Shown here: one piece after another, positions 62,920 through 64,000 of the stretch | How the letters are laid out: each line of letters opens with the position of its first letter | How positions within the stretch are numbered: position 1 is the first letter of the stretch | Source: Raja brachyura | Taxonomy: Eukaryota | Length of the DNA stretch: 64,000 nt | Direction of reading: 5' to 3' | Assembly (NCBI GenBank): GCA_963514005.1 | Contig: OY740808.1 | Span: 12,710,001 to 12,774,000 of the forward strand | Made by a program: the position numbers and the translations under genes | Notes under the pieces: generated by a model | Seen by the model: the letters and a program-made list of their open reading frames with translations, nothing else | What the model was told of the DNA's origin: nothing | The model's database searches: none

Positions 62920-63930
62920 ATTATTAAATTATTAAAGATGTAATTGCACCGTATTTGGAAAGCAATGAAGGGATCGGACAATGTCAGCAGGAATTTATGA
63001 AGGGGAAATCCTGCTTGACTAATCTTCTGGAAACTTTTGAGGATGTAACAAGTAGAATGGAAAAGGGAAAGCCAGTTGATGTATTGTCTCTGGACATTCA
63101 AAACGCCTTTGACAAGGTCCCACCCAAGAGATTAGTGTGCAAAATTAGAGCACATGGTTTTGGGAGCAGGGTATTGACACTGAATTGTGTCAGATTAGGA
63201 AAAGGTGAGGTGCAACGAGGCCTGGATTTCCTTGTACATCAGTCACTGAGTGTAAGCATGCAGGTACAGCAGGCAGTGAAGAAATGAAATGGCATGTTAG
63301 CCTTCATAATGAGAGGATGTGAGTATAGGAGCAAGGAGATCCTACTGCAGATGTACAGGGCCCCGATGAGACCACAACAGGATTATTGTGTGCAGTTTTG
63401 GTCCCCTAATTTATGGAAGGACATTTTTCCTATTGAGGGAGTGCCGCGTAAGTTCACCGGGTTAATTTCCGGGATGGTGGCAATGACATATGATGAAAGA
63501 ATGAGACGACTGGGCTTGAATTCACTGAAATTAGAAGGATGAGAAGGGATCTTATAGAAACATATAACATTCTGCAGGAATTGGACAGGCTAGATGCAGA
63601 TTTTCTTTCCCCGATGTTGGGGGTGAACAGAACCAGGTTAAGAATAAGGGGTAGGCCATTTGGGACTGAGGTGAGGAGAAACGTTTTCACAAAGTGAGTT
63701 GTGAATCTGTGGAATTCTCTGCCACAGAAGGCAGTCGGGGCCAATTCATTGGATGTTTTCAAGAGAGTTAGATTTAGATGTTGGGGCTAACGGAATCAAG
63801 GGATATGGGGGAAAATTCAGGAACGGAGTACTGATTATGGATGATTAGGCATGATCATATTGGATGGCGGTGCAGGCTCCAAGGGCCGAATGGCCTTCTA
63901 CTGCTCCTATTTTCTATGTTTCTATGTTTC
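62920..63930 (+). mobile_element. CR1 RT/3' end, paralog of 41105-44392 with an internal deletion
   Basis: KGKSCLTNLLE, AFDKVP; 63180-64000 collinear with ~43640-44465; (TTTCTATG)n tail. Confidence 0.85.
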
Positions 63931-64000
63931 TCTGTAAAAATATCCACGCCTCTCTATGGGAATTGATTTGAAAGATTCACCACTCCATGACTAAAAACAA

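Overview
AT-rich vertebrate genomic DNA, very probably from a cartilaginous fish (inferred from cluster-type Ig light-chain genes and an HE1/V-SINE, CR1, Rex1 and Penelope repeat landscape). It holds a tandem array of four Ig light-chain clusters on the minus strand, with C exons about 16.4, 14.6 and 20.6 kb apart. Each reads promoter - leader exon (49 nt) - intron (~120 nt) - germline-joined VJ exon (342 nt; 323 in cluster 2) - J-C intron - lambda-type C exon (323 nt), with no RSS. Clusters 1 (4882-7617) and 4 (56445-58498) have intact spliced ORFs. Cluster 2 carries 13-nt and 6-nt deletions and a LINE in its promoter; cluster 3 has a TAG in FR1 and a broken FGxG. A fifth, decayed and more divergent orphan C exon lies at ~12143-12392. 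The rest is retroelements (L1, CR1, Rex1/Babar, Penelope, V-SINE, a Tc1 fragment), many nested and datable by target-site duplications (TSDs) and empty paralogous sites. The most unusual signal is about 15 copies of a Penelope-derived minimal hammerhead-ribozyme motif. They occur as a 394-nt retrozyme-like unit between two hammerheads, as fold-back palindromes, and in sense orientation inside the J-C introns of clusters 1 and 2. Three N-gaps limit confidence in copy number.
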